Source: Alphaproteobacteria bacterium
GTDB taxonomy: Bacteria > Pseudomonadota > Alphaproteobacteria > UBA2966
Direction: 5' to 3'
DNA length: 64,000 nt
Assembly: GCA_018654745.1 (NCBI GenBank)
Contig: JABILA010000051.1
Coordinates: 6,751 to 70,750 of the forward strand
Part shown: positions 42,342 through 50,878 of the stretch, piece after piece
Layout of the letters: each line of letters begins with the position of its first letter
Numbering within the stretch: the stretch's first letter is position 1
Notes under the pieces: generated by a model
What the model was told of the DNA's origin: nothing
The model's input: the letters and a program-made list of their open reading frames with translations, nothing else
The model's database searches: none
Position numbers and translations under genes: made by a program

Positions 42342-42902
42342 ATGCGCGGCTATTTTGGTATTGGCGTCCAACGTTTCAGCAAACCCATGAATGCGGGGAA
42401 CTTGTTTCGCTCGGCCCATGGCTTTGGGGCAAGCTTTGCTTTCACCATCGACAGCAAGCTGCCGCTGAAATCTGCCGGTTCTGATACCAGCGACGCCTGG
42501 AAGCAGATGCCCTATTACCGTTTTGACAATGTGGCGACAATGGTGCTGCCGGACAACTGCGCCATTGTCGGTGTGGAGTTGCTGGATGAAGCCATTGAAC
42601 TGCCAAGTTTCCACCACCCGAAACAGGCGGCCTACGTGCTGGGACCGGAAAAAGGTTCGCTGTCGCCGGATTTGGTTGAGAAATGTGACCATGTGATCAA
42701 AATTCCGACAAAATTCTGTATCAATGTGGCAACAGCCGGGGCGATTGTTATGTACGACCGGGTAACCAGTCTGGGGCGTTTTGCCTCCCGGCCTGTTACC
42801 AGTCGGAATATTCCTATCGAGCTGGCAGACCATATCCACGGTGCGCAAAAGTTGCGAACGGCGGATCTGGATTTAACCCTGCAAAATGCAGATGACGTTT
42901 GA
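42342..42902 (+). CDS. TrmH/SpoU family RNA methyltransferase
   Basis: MRGYFGIG, NAGNLFRSAH, LGPEKGSL, FCINVATAGAIVMYDR. Confidence 0.9.
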   Translation: MRGYFGIGVQRFSKPMNAGNLFRSAHGFGASFAFTIDSKLPLKSAGSDTSDAWKQMPYYRFDNVATMVLPDNCAIVGVELLDEAIELPSFHHPKQAAYVLGPEKGSLSPDLVEKCDHVIKIPTKFCINVATAGAIVMYDRVTSLGRFASRPVTSRNIPIELADHIHGAQKLRTADLDLTLQNADDV

Positions 42903-42944
42903 GCTGAAATATTACGTTTGACTGAAATGTCTAAAGGGGCAGAA

Positions 42945-43478
42945 ATGAAGTTTGAGAGACCTGTACGATCCCTCCACACCATATTGATTGCGCTCGCCGC
43001 GATGGTATTTGTGACGAACACAGCCCTGGCCCAGGCACCCAAGTTGCTGGGTAAATACAAGGACTGGGAGGCCTATGCCTTTTCGGACAAGAAAACTGGC
43101 AAAACCTGTTTCATGACATCAACACCCGTCAACATGAAACCGGACAAGGTCAATCACGGCGACGTCTACGGTATGGTCACCCATCGCCCCAAGGCCAAAA
43201 TTCGCAATGAAGTCAGCCTGAATGTGGGCTATCCCTTCAAGGCCCGCAGTGAAGTCTCGATTTCCATAGGCAAATCGCCCTTCAAGATGTATACCAGCGT
43301 CGATACGGCCTGGAGCTATGACGAAGCCGATGACCAGAAGCTGGTGGTGGCCATGCGCGCCGGTGACGAAATGATCGTCCAGGGCCAATCCAAACGGGGC
43401 ACCCGTGTCAGTTACCGGTTTTCGCTTTCAGGCTTCACCAATGCTTACAAGGCCATCAGCAAGGCCTGCAAAAAGTAG
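42945..43478 (+). CDS. Invasion-associated locus B (IalB)-like periplasmic protein
   Basis: Signal peptide, YKDWEAY, MRAG, SKRGT...FSLSGFT.AY...C; upstream of rlmN. Confidence 0.82.
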   Translation: MKFERPVRSLHTILIALAAMVFVTNTALAQAPKLLGKYKDWEAYAFSDKKTGKTCFMTSTPVNMKPDKVNHGDVYGMVTHRPKAKIRNEVSLNVGYPFKARSEVSISIGKSPFKMYTSVDTAWSYDEADDQKLVVAMRAGDEMIVQGQSKRGTRVSYRFSLSGFTNAYKAISKACKK

Positions 43479-43573
43479 TTATGTCAGACATCTGAATGGT
43501 CAGGTGCCCGACCAATTAATTGGCACCTGTTCAAGCCAAATGTTCATGCCAGCTATACAAGATAGATAAAGAC

Positions 43574-44728
43574 ATGCTCGACCTGACGGATATCGAAAAA
43601 CCTGTGCCTGTGGACAATGCAGGACCCGGCGATTTTGACGCCAATGGCAAACGCTATCTGGTCGGTCTGGACCGGGACGAGCTGGCCAATGTTTTTCGCG
43701 AACTGGGTGAGCCTGAAAAATCCCTGCGCATGCGCGCCAATCAGCTTTGGCACTGGCTGTATCATCGCGGCACGCAAGACTTCGAGGATATGACCACCAT
43801 CGCCAAGGGTCTGCGCGCGCGCCTGGCCGAGGTCGCGACCTTGGATCGTGGGGCCATTGAGAGCCATCAACAATCGGAAGACGGCACGGCCAAGTGGCTG
43901 GTGCGTAATGCCGACGGCGCCTTGATTGAAAGCGTTTACATTCCGGAAGAAGATCGCGGCACCCTGTGTGTGTCCAGTCAGGTTGGCTGCACCCTGAATT
44001 GCAGTTTCTGCCATACCGGCACGCAAGCCTGGGTTCGCAATTTGCAACCACGTGAGATCGTCGCCCAGATCATGATCGCCCGCGATACCCTGGGGGAATG
44101 GCCCAGCCCTCAGGAAGGCCGCCTGATCTCCAACGTCGTGATGATGGGTATGGGCGAGCCACTTTATAATCTCGACCATGTCGCCAAGGCCTTGAAGATT
44201 GTTATGGACGGTGACGGTGTCTCCATTTCCAAGCGCCGGATCACCCTCTCTACTGCCGGTGTGGTGCCGATGATGGATCGATGCGGTGAGGAACTGGACG
44301 TTAATCTGGCAGTGTCCCTGCACGCCGTAAATGACGAAACCCGCGATGAGCTGGTGCCGATTAATCGCAAATATCCCATTGCTGAATTGCTGGCTGCCTG
44401 CCGGCGTTATCCAGGTTCTTCCAACTCCCGGCGTATCACATTTGAATATGCCATGCTGAAAGGCGTCAATGATTCGGCGGCAGATGCCAGGGAACTGGTT
44501 CGTATCCTCAAAGGCATTCCGGCGAAGATCAACCTGATCCCGTTTAATCCCTGGCCAGGCGTCGCCTATGACTGTTCAGACTGGCCAACGATCCGCAAGT
44601 TTTCCGATATCGTTTTCAATGCCGGTGTGTCCGCCCCCATTCGCATGCCACGCGGTCGGGATATCATGGCGGCCTGCGGTCAGCTGAAATCTGCCAGTGT
44701 TAAACAACGCGCCTCTCAAAGAACCTGA
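43574..44728 (+). CDS. rlmN: 23S rRNA (adenine(2503)-C2)-methyltransferase RlmN
   Basis: [18 protein letters not shown] radical SAM motif, MMGMGEP, AACGQL. Confidence 0.97.
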   Translation: MLDLTDIEKPVPVDNAGPGDFDANGKRYLVGLDRDELANVFRELGEPEKSLRMRANQLWHWLYHRGTQDFEDMTTIAKGLRARLAEVATLDRGAIESHQQSEDGTAKWLVRNADGALIESVYIPEEDRGTLCVSSQVGCTLNCSFCHTGTQAWVRNLQPREIVAQIMIARDTLGEWPSPQEGRLISNVVMMGMGEPLYNLDHVAKALKIVMDGDGVSISKRRITLSTAGVVPMMDRCGEELDVNLAVSLHAVNDETRDELVPINRKYPIAELLAACRRYPGSSNSRRITFEYAMLKGVNDSAADARELVRILKGIPAKINLIPFNPWPGVAYDCSDWPTIRKFSDIVFNAGVSAPIRMPRGRDIMAACGQLKSASVKQRASQRT

Positions 44729-45432
44729 AGACCAAATCCGGCCAACAAAGATGAAGCCTGGTCCTTTGAGATAATAGCACCCTTGAGGGTTGTTGCCTGA
44801 TCAAGGGTGATGACGCCCATGTCCACCGCGCGAAGGTCAGCGCCCTGGAAACGGGTCTCCAGCAATCTGGCCCCGCGCAGTTTGCAATTTTGAAAAACAC
44901 AATCTTCGAAATTTACCCTGGCAAGATCGGCTTCCGACATGTCCAGATTGTTCAAAGTCTGGCGTCGAAAGGACAGGCCCTGAAGATCGGCCATGACCAA
45001 TGCACAATCTTCCAGTTCAAGACCGACGCCGTGGCATTGCGTTAACGATGCACCTGTCATACGGCATTTTTCAAACCGGGCTGAGGTCAATTTTGCACCG
45101 CCCCAAACAGTGTTGGAAAGATCGCAACCTTCAAAGCGGGCATCGGAAAAATCAGCCTCGATAAAGTCCGCACCGCCCAGACGACAATTCAGCCATTGGC
45201 TCTCTGCCGCCAGCAGATGGCGCGCGGAAAAAGCCGGAAAAGTGCAATCCGTAAAATGGCAGCCCGTAAAATCTGCTTCAGTGAAATCCTCTGCCGAGAA
45301 GTCACACCCTGAAAATCTCAACGGCGACGATTCCGTGGATCGAACCTGCAGATCGTCGACCAGGTCGCGATCCACAGACTGCCCACGGACAATCAGGTCA
45401 TTTTCGGCGGTATCAAAAAGGTTCTCTTGCAT
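44716..45432 (-). CDS. Pentapeptide repeat protein
   Basis: Runs of A(D/N)(L/F)xx pentapeptides ([25 protein letters not shown]); ATG 45432 inferred. Confidence 0.88.
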   Translation of the reverse strand: MQENLFDTAENDLIVRGQSVDRDLVDDLQVRSTESSPLRFSGCDFSAEDFTEADFTGCHFTDCTFPAFSARHLLAAESQWLNCRLGGADFIEADFSDARFEGCDLSNTVWGGAKLTSARFEKCRMTGASLTQCHGVGLELEDCALVMADLQGLSFRRQTLNNLDMSEADLARVNFEDCVFQNCKLRGARLLETRFQGADLRAVDMGVITLDQATTLKGAIISKDQASSLLAGFGLQVL

Positions 45433-45487
45433 ACATACGATATAGACGCTTTTGCAATCAATCAGAACCGTGCGCCACCAATCAGTA

Positions 45488-45883
45488 TCAGGCCGAGGCC
45501 ACTTCCGTCGCTTCAGTTCGACCAAAACGTTTGAACAAAAACAGTAATATTGCCAGCAAAACAGCCGCCGGAATGGCCTGGGGAACAGGATCATTCAGGG
45601 CATGCATGGTGATCGCGCCGACCATGATGACAGCCAGACCCAGGGCCGCCAGACGGCGCAAGGGCCAAGGCACAACAACTGTCATATTCAGCCACAGGCC
45701 AATAGCGCCTGCCACTTCACAGGCACCAATGAAATACATGAACTCGACGGGCAGGCCATATTTTGTGAAACTCTGCACCATTTCCTCGGCCCCCGACAAT
45801 TTCATCGTGCCCGCCCCAAGATAGGCCAACGTTGCCAATCCTGTCGCCGCCAATGTGCCCCATTTTGCTGCCTTGCTGCTCAT
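45488..45883 (-). CDS. DoxX family membrane protein
   Basis: AGTMKL.G, F..YGLP, IGACEVAGAIGL, MVGAITMH. Confidence 0.85.
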   Translation of the reverse strand: MSSKAAKWGTLAATGLATLAYLGAGTMKLSGAEEMVQSFTKYGLPVEFMYFIGACEVAGAIGLWLNMTVVVPWPLRRLAALGLAVIMVGAITMHALNDPVPQAIPAAVLLAILLFLFKRFGRTEATEVASA

Positions 45884-46030
45884 TTTGATCCCTTTCAAAA
45901 TAGAAAATTTAATTGGAATAATTCACTACTGTGGAAATAGGGCTTCTGACTCCAACAAATAACCGATATAATATCGACCTAGTCAACCAAAATATTCATA
46001 TGACTTTATTTTTGGCAATCTGAAAGCCTC

Positions 46031-46921
46031 ATGATCCATCCCAATCTGCTCGATCAACTGGAAATGTTCGTCAGTGCCGCAGAGCTTGGCACATTCTCCG
46101 CAACTGCAAAAAAACTGGGTCGGTCCCAGAATGTCGTGAGCTATGGCATTTCGACCCTGGAAGAAAGTCTCAACGTCAGTCTGTTTGACCGCAGTGGGCA
46201 CAAGGCCGTCCTGACAAAGACAGGTGTCGCCCTGCGGCGTCAGGCCGAAAATATCGTCGATGCGGCACACGGACTGTCGCGAACGGCCAATGAGCTGGCC
46301 TCTGGCGTTGAATCAGTTCTGACCATCGCGGTTGATGACATGATCCCGTTCGATTTTCTTGAAGATGCGCTTATCGCCGTTGAAGAGCGATATCCCGGTC
46401 TGGAGCTTCGCCTGAACAGCACGTCCGGACAGGACATTTTTCGCATGGTCACTGAGGGTCACGCAGCCATGGGTCTGGGCGTAACCCTTGTCGAGAACCT
46501 GACCAAACATACGTCTGCAATTGTCGGCACACTTCAGATGATACCTGTAATCAGTCCTCGTCTGATGGCAGATATGCCGGAAAGCAGTTTTGAAAAAAGC
46601 AATTTTGATCCCGCAAACCAGCGACAGATCGTCCTGTCACGGGCACAGGCCCCGGAATCCAGCCCCGATCAGGGCGTCTTCAGCACCCATATCTGGCGAG
46701 TACCCGACACAAAATCAAAACTGGAGCTGATCCAGCGTGGATTTGGCTGGGGGATGCTGCCAGCCCATCAGGTTGAACAAGACCTGACAGACGGCACCCT
46801 TCATCAGTTGCAGCTTGCCTCCCTGAAGGTTTTGCCTGAGCTGCCGATCTTTGTATTTGGCCTGATCGATTCACCGCTCGGCCCGGCGGCTTCCCTGTTT
46901 CGCGATCAGATTGCAAACTAA
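46031..46921 (+). CDS. LysR family transcriptional regulator
   Basis: LDQLEMFV..GTFSATAKKLGRSQNVVSYGI..LE..L..SLFDR; divergent from DoxX gene. Confidence 0.92.
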   Translation: MIHPNLLDQLEMFVSAAELGTFSATAKKLGRSQNVVSYGISTLEESLNVSLFDRSGHKAVLTKTGVALRRQAENIVDAAHGLSRTANELASGVESVLTIAVDDMIPFDFLEDALIAVEERYPGLELRLNSTSGQDIFRMVTEGHAAMGLGVTLVENLTKHTSAIVGTLQMIPVISPRLMADMPESSFEKSNFDPANQRQIVLSRAQAPESSPDQGVFSTHIWRVPDTKSKLELIQRGFGWGMLPAHQVEQDLTDGTLHQLQLASLKVLPELPIFVFGLIDSPLGPAASLFRDQIAN

Positions 46922-47016
46922 CCTGGACACCGACTTTGGTTTTGCAATTGATCTAAAAGAAACACCTTCGCTTTCTCTCTATTAGGGCGTAAACTATACG
47001 ATTATTTATACAATCA

Positions 47017-48468
47017 ATGGGGTCTGTTATGCGCCAGCAATCGAACGTGCCTGGGTTCGCCTGTTTTGAGGATTTTCGCTGGAAAGGCCTTGCCCTGGGT
47101 CTATTCGCCCTGCTCTTCGTGGCCCTGCAGTCTGCGGCTTCGTTCGCCGAAACAACAAACAGACGCGCCGTCGCTGTGATCATGGGTAATTCAAACTATC
47201 TCGGGTCCATCCCGAAAGTTGACTATGCTCTCAACGATGCAGATGCATTCAAGACTTTCGTCGTTGATGTACTGGGCTATGACCCCGACAATATTATTGA
47301 CATGAGAGATGCGACCAAGGCCGAAATGGAAACAGCTTTTGGCAACAGCAGATCCTTTGAAGGCAAACTTTGGCGCTATCTTGATCCAAAGGGCCGGTCT
47401 GATGTTGTGGTGTTCTATTCCGGACATGGTGTGCCAGGCCTGAAAGACAAACGCGGATATCTTTTACCTGTTGATGCGGATGCAAATGCGCCTGAAATAA
47501 ATGGCTATCCGTTGGATTTAATGCTTGGAAATCTTGGCAAACTGAAAGTGAATTCGCTCTCGGTCTACATCGATGCCTGCTTCTCTGGTGAAAGCCCGAA
47601 AGGCATGCTCGTGCAATCGGCATCCGGCATTTCAATCGTTCCTCAGATGCCAAGCCAGTCATCTGCGATGACCTTGATCACAGCGGCCCAGGGAGACCAG
47701 GTTGCCTCCTGGGACAACAAGGCAAAACATGGCATGTTTACCAAACACTTGCTGGATGCCTTGTATGGCAAAGCCGACGGTGAGCTTTATGGCAATGCCG
47801 ATGGCAAGGTCGCCCTTTCCGAAGTCAGGGAATATCTGGATGATCGCATGACCCGGTCTGCCAGACGTGAATTCGGACGCCATCAAAATGCCTGGTTCAG
47901 TGGCCAGGATGAACAGCTTCTGGTTCAAACCGTTTCAGCTACCGGTCGTCCGGAACAAATCCGCGCCGCGCCCGTCGTCAAAAAACCCAAGCCCGTTGTT
48001 GTTGCAAAAAGGGTCGTTGCCCCGAAGCCCGTCGTTGTTGCCAAACCTGTCGTTGTCGTTCGGGCCCCGGTTAAGCGTGTCGCCCCTGCTTTTGATGTTA
48101 CCGGGCTGGAGCGCAATTCAACCTGGCGGATCACCGTTGATTTCGACGAGATATGGAGCGCAAATTTCTCTGAGGAAATTACCATCGTCAACGGCAAAAT
48201 TGGCGAATCACTTTATAATGGTGCCCTGATTCTTAACATATGGGGCAACATGCGACGGGGCGTCATGGAGTTGAACGGCCGGGTCGCCGACCATGAACGA
48301 TTTGTACACGCCCCCTGGGGGCCCGCTGTGGAAATGGTCCCGCATACATTTGAAACTAACACTGATGTTACCGGGCCGACTTTCGAAATTAACACAACAG
48401 CAGGGGCAGATTTCACGGGAGACAAATCTCCTGTCAAAATACGGTTTTCACTGCTTCGTCGATCTTGA
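47017..48468 (+). CDS. Caspase-family (peptidase C14) protein, probably exported
   Basis: AVIMGNSNY, ALNDA, FYSGHG (His) and IDACFSG (Cys) dyad, HGMFT..LLDAL; N-terminal signal-like helix. Confidence 0.9.
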   Translation: MGSVMRQQSNVPGFACFEDFRWKGLALGLFALLFVALQSAASFAETTNRRAVAVIMGNSNYLGSIPKVDYALNDADAFKTFVVDVLGYDPDNIIDMRDATKAEMETAFGNSRSFEGKLWRYLDPKGRSDVVVFYSGHGVPGLKDKRGYLLPVDADANAPEINGYPLDLMLGNLGKLKVNSLSVYIDACFSGESPKGMLVQSASGISIVPQMPSQSSAMTLITAAQGDQVASWDNKAKHGMFTKHLLDALYGKADGELYGNADGKVALSEVREYLDDRMTRSARREFGRHQNAWFSGQDEQLLVQTVSATGRPEQIRAAPVVKKPKPVVVAKRVVAPKPVVVAKPVVVVRAPVKRVAPAFDVTGLERNSTWRITVDFDEIWSANFSEEITIVNGKIGESLYNGALILNIWGNMRRGVMELNGRVADHERFVHAPWGPAVEMVPHTFETNTDVTGPTFEINTTAGADFTGDKSPVKIRFSLLRRS

Positions 48469-48523
48469 GAGATATCTGACACCTGACTTACTCAAGGGAT
48501 TAAGACCTGCTCTTGAATAAGAT

Positions 48524-48575
48524 TTGACAATCCCTATATTTCGATTATTCTGGAATTATCGAAATATAGGGATTG
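48524..48575 (+). promoter_or_regulatory. arsR promoter with long palindromic operator
   Basis: TTGACA (48524) N16 TATTCT, embedded in an 18-bp perfect inverted repeat 48528-48545 / 48558-48575. Confidence 0.75.
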
Positions 48576-48580
48576 ATCTG

Positions 48581-48898
48581 ATGGATATTGAAACGGCAGC
48601 CCGGTGTATGGAGGCTTTGGGCAACCCAAAGCGCCTTGAAATCGTTTTGTTGCTGGTGAAGGCAGGACCTGAGGGATTGCCCGTCGGTGATATTCGCCGT
48701 CACCTGGAAATACCAGGCTCAACCCTGTCTCATCACTTATTGCACCTCGTTGGTGCGGGTGTCATCCGTCAGGACCGCGAAGGTCGAGTGCTGCGGTGTC
48801 ATCCTGATTTTGACCAGTTGCGCGGCCTTGCCACCATGTTGTTTGCCGAATGTTGCACGGGCGTCGCCGCCGATGCCTCACAAGCACAAGCCGGTTGA
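48581..48898 (+). CDS. arsR: ArsR/SmtB family repressor with C-terminal CC motif
   Basis: ALGNPKRLEI..LLVKAGPEGLPVG, STLSHHL, LFAECC. Confidence 0.88.
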   Translation: MDIETAARCMEALGNPKRLEIVLLLVKAGPEGLPVGDIRRHLEIPGSTLSHHLLHLVGAGVIRQDREGRVLRCHPDFDQLRGLATMLFAECCTGVAADASQAQAG

Positions 48899-48913
48899 GG
48901 GAAAGATATAACC

Positions 48914-49960
48914 ATGACAGATACAAGCCTCACACCGGCCTCGCCGATCAGCTGGTTCAAAAAGGCCGACAAGGTTTTGCTGGCCATTTTTGCCATCTTT
49001 GCGGCTTTGCTGATCCTGCTGCCCCAACAGGCGCTGGATAGTGCCATCTTCACCGGGCAAAGCCTCGGCGGCATTCTGGTGTTTCTGATCATCGCCGTCA
49101 CCCTGGCGGCCTGGGCCACTGCGACCGGTCTTGATAAACAGGTCGCCCTGGTCTTTTCCGGCAATCCGACAAAAACAATTATCCTGGCGGCCCTGTTCGG
49201 TGCGTTATCACCGTTCTGTTCCTGCGGCGTGGTCCCGATCATCGCCGGTCTGTTGGCAGCCGGTGTGCCCATGGCTCCGGTCATGGCCTTCTGGATTGCC
49301 TCCCCCATCATGGACCCCAGCATGTTTTTTGTAACCTCGGCGGTGCTGGGTATTCCCTTCGCCGTTGCCAAAACGCTTGCGGCTGTTGTCATGGGTCTGG
49401 GTGCGGGATTTGCCATGCATGTCTTTGCCAAATCATCTGTCTTCGCCAATCCCTTGCGGCCCATGGTCAAAATGGGGTGCGGCACCAATACAGCACCACT
49501 GGCCGAACGCACCGACCCGGAAATTGTCTGGAAGTTCTGGCGTCACGATGAACGCCGGTCAAAGTTTGCCAGTACGTCAAAAGAAACCGGCTGGTTCCTG
49601 ATGCGCTGGCTGACCCTGGCCTTTGTTCTCGAAAGCCTGATGGTGGCTTACTTGCCTGCCGACTTTGTTGGCAGCTGGCTGGGTGGCGACAACTGGTGGT
49701 CCATTCCCCTGGGCGTGCTGGTGGGCATTCCGGCCTATCTCAACGGCTATGCCGCTGTCCCCACGATCGATGCATTGTTGAACCTGGGCATGATGCCAGG
49801 GGCCGCCATGTCGTTCCTGATTGCCGGCAGCGTTACAAGCATCCCCGCCGCCATGGCTGTTTTTGCCCTGGTGCGATTGCCGGTCTTCGGGTTCTACATC
49901 TTGCTGGGGGTCGCCGGTGCCACCCTCAGCGGTATTGCCTGGCAAGTGGTGATGTTCTGA
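48914..49960 (+). CDS. ArsP/DUF318 family permease
   Basis: SPFCSCGVVP, FWIASP.MDP, GIPAYLNG, SFLIAG. Confidence 0.88.
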   Translation: MTDTSLTPASPISWFKKADKVLLAIFAIFAALLILLPQQALDSAIFTGQSLGGILVFLIIAVTLAAWATATGLDKQVALVFSGNPTKTIILAALFGALSPFCSCGVVPIIAGLLAAGVPMAPVMAFWIASPIMDPSMFFVTSAVLGIPFAVAKTLAAVVMGLGAGFAMHVFAKSSVFANPLRPMVKMGCGTNTAPLAERTDPEIVWKFWRHDERRSKFASTSKETGWFLMRWLTLAFVLESLMVAYLPADFVGSWLGGDNWWSIPLGVLVGIPAYLNGYAAVPTIDALLNLGMMPGAAMSFLIAGSVTSIPAAMAVFALVRLPVFGFYILLGVAGATLSGIAWQVVMF

Positions 49961-49981
49961 ACGCCAGCGATCAGACACAAA

Positions 49982-50017
49982 AAAAGGCCCGGCAAAATCG
50001 CCGGGCCTTTTCTATTT
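49982..50017. terminator. Bidirectional intrinsic terminator
   Basis: AAAAGGCCCGGC / GCCGGGCCTTTT between convergent permease and yccA. Confidence 0.88.
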
Positions 50018-50032
50018 GATAAGCCGCGTTGA

Positions 50033-50755
50033 CTAATCACGCTGGCCAAAGAGATGCATCAACATGATGAACAGGTTGATGAAATCCAGATACAAGGTCA
50101 GTGCACCCATAATGGCTTTTTTCTGGGAAACTTCGCTTGAGTCTGCTGCGTAATACATCTGGCGAATTTTCTGGGTGTCATAGGCTGTCAGACCAACGAA
50201 GACCAGAACACCAATAACCGAGATCGCAAAATGCAAGGCTGAAGACGCCAGGAAGATGTTCACAACGCTGGCAATGATAATGCCGATCAGGCCCATCATC
50301 AGCAAGGAGCCGAGCTTGGTCAGATCCTTCTTGGTGGTGTAGCCATAGAGGCTCATGGCACCAAACGTACCCGCCGTGATGAAGAAGACACGGGCGACGC
50401 TGGCGCCGGTGTATTGCAACAAAATGGTCGACAGGGAAATACCCATCATGCCGGCAAAAACCCAGAACACTGTTTGTGCTGTGGACGCCTTCATGGTTTG
50501 GATTTTGGCGCTGAGGAAAAATACCAGGCCAAGGGGTGCCAGAACAAACAGCCACATCAGGCCGGTGCCGAAAATGACTTGTTGAAGGGACTGGTTGGTG
50601 GCAACAAAAAATGCAACTACGCCGGACAACGCCAGGGCCGATCCCATGTAGTTGTAGACCTTGAGCATGTAGTTGCGCAGACCCACGTCAACTTGTTGTT
50701 GCGTCGCGGCGCCTGCTGCATTCATTGAGAGGCGCGCTTTGGTATCCAGTGCCAT
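50033..50755 (-). CDS. Bax inhibitor-1/YccA family membrane protein
   Basis: GLRNYMLKVYNYM, YGYTTKKDL, LTAYDTQKI, GALTLYLDFINLF. Confidence 0.94.
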   Translation of the reverse strand: MALDTKARLSMNAAGAATQQQVDVGLRNYMLKVYNYMGSALALSGVVAFFVATNQSLQQVIFGTGLMWLFVLAPLGLVFFLSAKIQTMKASTAQTVFWVFAGMMGISLSTILLQYTGASVARVFFITAGTFGAMSLYGYTTKKDLTKLGSLLMMGLIGIIIASVVNIFLASSALHFAISVIGVLVFVGLTAYDTQKIRQMYYAADSSEVSQKKAIMGALTLYLDFINLFIMLMHLFGQRD

Positions 50756-50818
50756 TTAATACTCCCGTGGCAATATTGAGCTACGGCCCGGCATGTGCCA
50801 AAACCGCTCTTATGGCAA

Positions 50819-50847
50819 ATATCGTTACTTTTGCCCGCTATTTCAAG
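50819..50847 (-). promoter_or_regulatory. Candidate RpoH (sigma32) promoter of the YccA gene
   Basis: Minus strand CTTGAA-N16-ACGATAT, close to the alphaproteobacterial RpoH consensus. Confidence 0.45.
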
Positions 50848-50878
50848 GGTCAGCGTTCAGTATTGCTGGTCTTGAAGC

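Noticed and set aside
47017..50755. Caspase plus Bax inhibitor-1 as a programmed cell death module
   Set aside because: Genes are convergent, separated by arsR/permease and a terminator; YccA is a core gene, so proximity is probably coincidental.
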